A stretch of DNA of 64,000 bases from Ruditapes philippinarum. Its lineage: Eukaryota. The notes under the pieces were generated by a model, which made no database searches, was not told the origin of the DNA, and saw only the letters and a list, made by a program, of their open reading frames with translations. The stretch spans positions 186,001 to 250,000 of the forward strand of contig NW_026862271.1 of NCBI RefSeq assembly GCF_026571515.1, read 5' to 3'. Made by a program: the position numbers and the translations under genes. Positions 62,896 to 64,000 of the stretch are shown here, in pieces (the first letter of the stretch is position 1; the number at the start of each line of letters is the position of its first letter).

Positions 62896-64000
62896 CTCTT
62901 AGTATTGGACTGTATTGTTTTGGCGGATTTTTTTTTATAATTTTGTTGTAAACAATGTAAACTTTAATAAAAAAATATCCGAATGACACAAGTATGTCTT
63001 TAACAAAATCTTTCAATTAATATTATTACATTTCGTAAACATATTTGATTTATTTAGTAAACAATTTGCAAAAAAAAAAAAAAAGAAATCGAATGTCAAA
63101 ACTTAATATAACATGAAGTACTACTGGGATCCTACATATTACCGGACAAAATAAGAATTTTTTTATCAGTATCTTTTATGAAATTAAAGTTTAAATTATG
63201 AAATTAAACATTTGACCGTAGAAATGTGTCTTTTAAGTAGGGTATTATAAGATTAAAAAAATCGTGTAGAAAACTCATTTTACCGGACATTGTGTTTCAA
63301 AAATTTTTGAAGTCTTGAATACAAATCAATCTTTAAATAATCAGTAAGGAAACTACGACTATTGAATGGCAAGGTTTAGATATTTGAAAAATCCAGTATG
63401 TCACTAGAAATAGACATGACAGCCATGCCTTGCTAAATACTATATATATCAGAGTAAGATGAAAATGACAGTACCTGATTTTTCATCTTTTAAAAAGCAT
63501 TTCTTTTCCTATTTTTAAGCAGAATATTTAGAATATTTAATCTAAATAAGTTTAATATAATTTGGGCCCCACTAGCATCACTTACACCGACACAGGACAG
63601 GTAGTATATTTGTTTACTTTTATTATATATGCGTTTAATTAATGTATAACTTAATGCTGTGATTTTTGTTTAAATCATGGTTCGCTTGATTATTGGTTAT
63701 TGGTTTGCTCCATCTTTAAATGTTTTTTCCACCTGACACTCTTGAACCTTTATTTTCCTTATTTTTTTTCTTCAAGCTTTAAACATCCATATGATTATGT
63801 TAGAACTATGCATTTAACATCTTATATTGTTAGAACTATGCAAGAATAGTATCTGTCTGCTTGAGTTCATGTAGATAATTCTAAGATTTAAATTGACCCC
63901 TTAATGCATATGTTTTTTTCATATTTTAGATAACTCTTTTGTATAAAAATAAATTTCAATCTGGAATTACAGGCAAATCATTATAACAAGGTATATATAC

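Noticed and set aside
63119-63606. Possible MITE
   Set aside because: Terminal inverted similarity too weak to define ends.

Overview
AT-rich, intron-containing animal DNA. The repeat families (tRNA-derived SINEs, pearl/HINE-type elements, a Penelope-like RT) suggest a bivalve mollusc; this is an inference. The left part holds two tandem CYP2-clan cytochrome P450 genes (+; the first lacks exon 1 in this window, the second is complete, 6 exons, 506 aa), both with His instead of the usual acidic residue in the I-helix, followed by a 4-exon acylphosphatase gene (-) with a 17-nt catalytic micro-exon. From about 15 kb to the end is a decaying tandem segmental duplication of a three-gene module: a single-Sushi/TM/His-rich-tail membrane protein (+), an IFI44-like P-loop GTPase (-) and an ABCG5-like half transporter (-). 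One Sushi-His gene (15125-17579) and one IFI44-like gene (29604-32128) are intact. The other copies and both ABCG5-like copies are broken by deletions, frameshifts and transposon insertions. The best candidate for an undescribed system is the intact IFI44-like GTPase: it lacks the TLDc domain, ends in a CaaX box (CNIL, kept in all three paralogues) and has a conserved ISRE, a TATA-like box and a non-coding first exon upstream. It looks like an IRF-inducible, prenylated, GBP-like IFI44 paired tail-to-tail with a putative metal-binding Sushi receptor. Also notable is a Penelope-like RT fragment ending in a nearly intact SECIS hairpin. Several stretches look like low-quality assembly sequence. 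All gene models were spliced by hand; no database searches were run.
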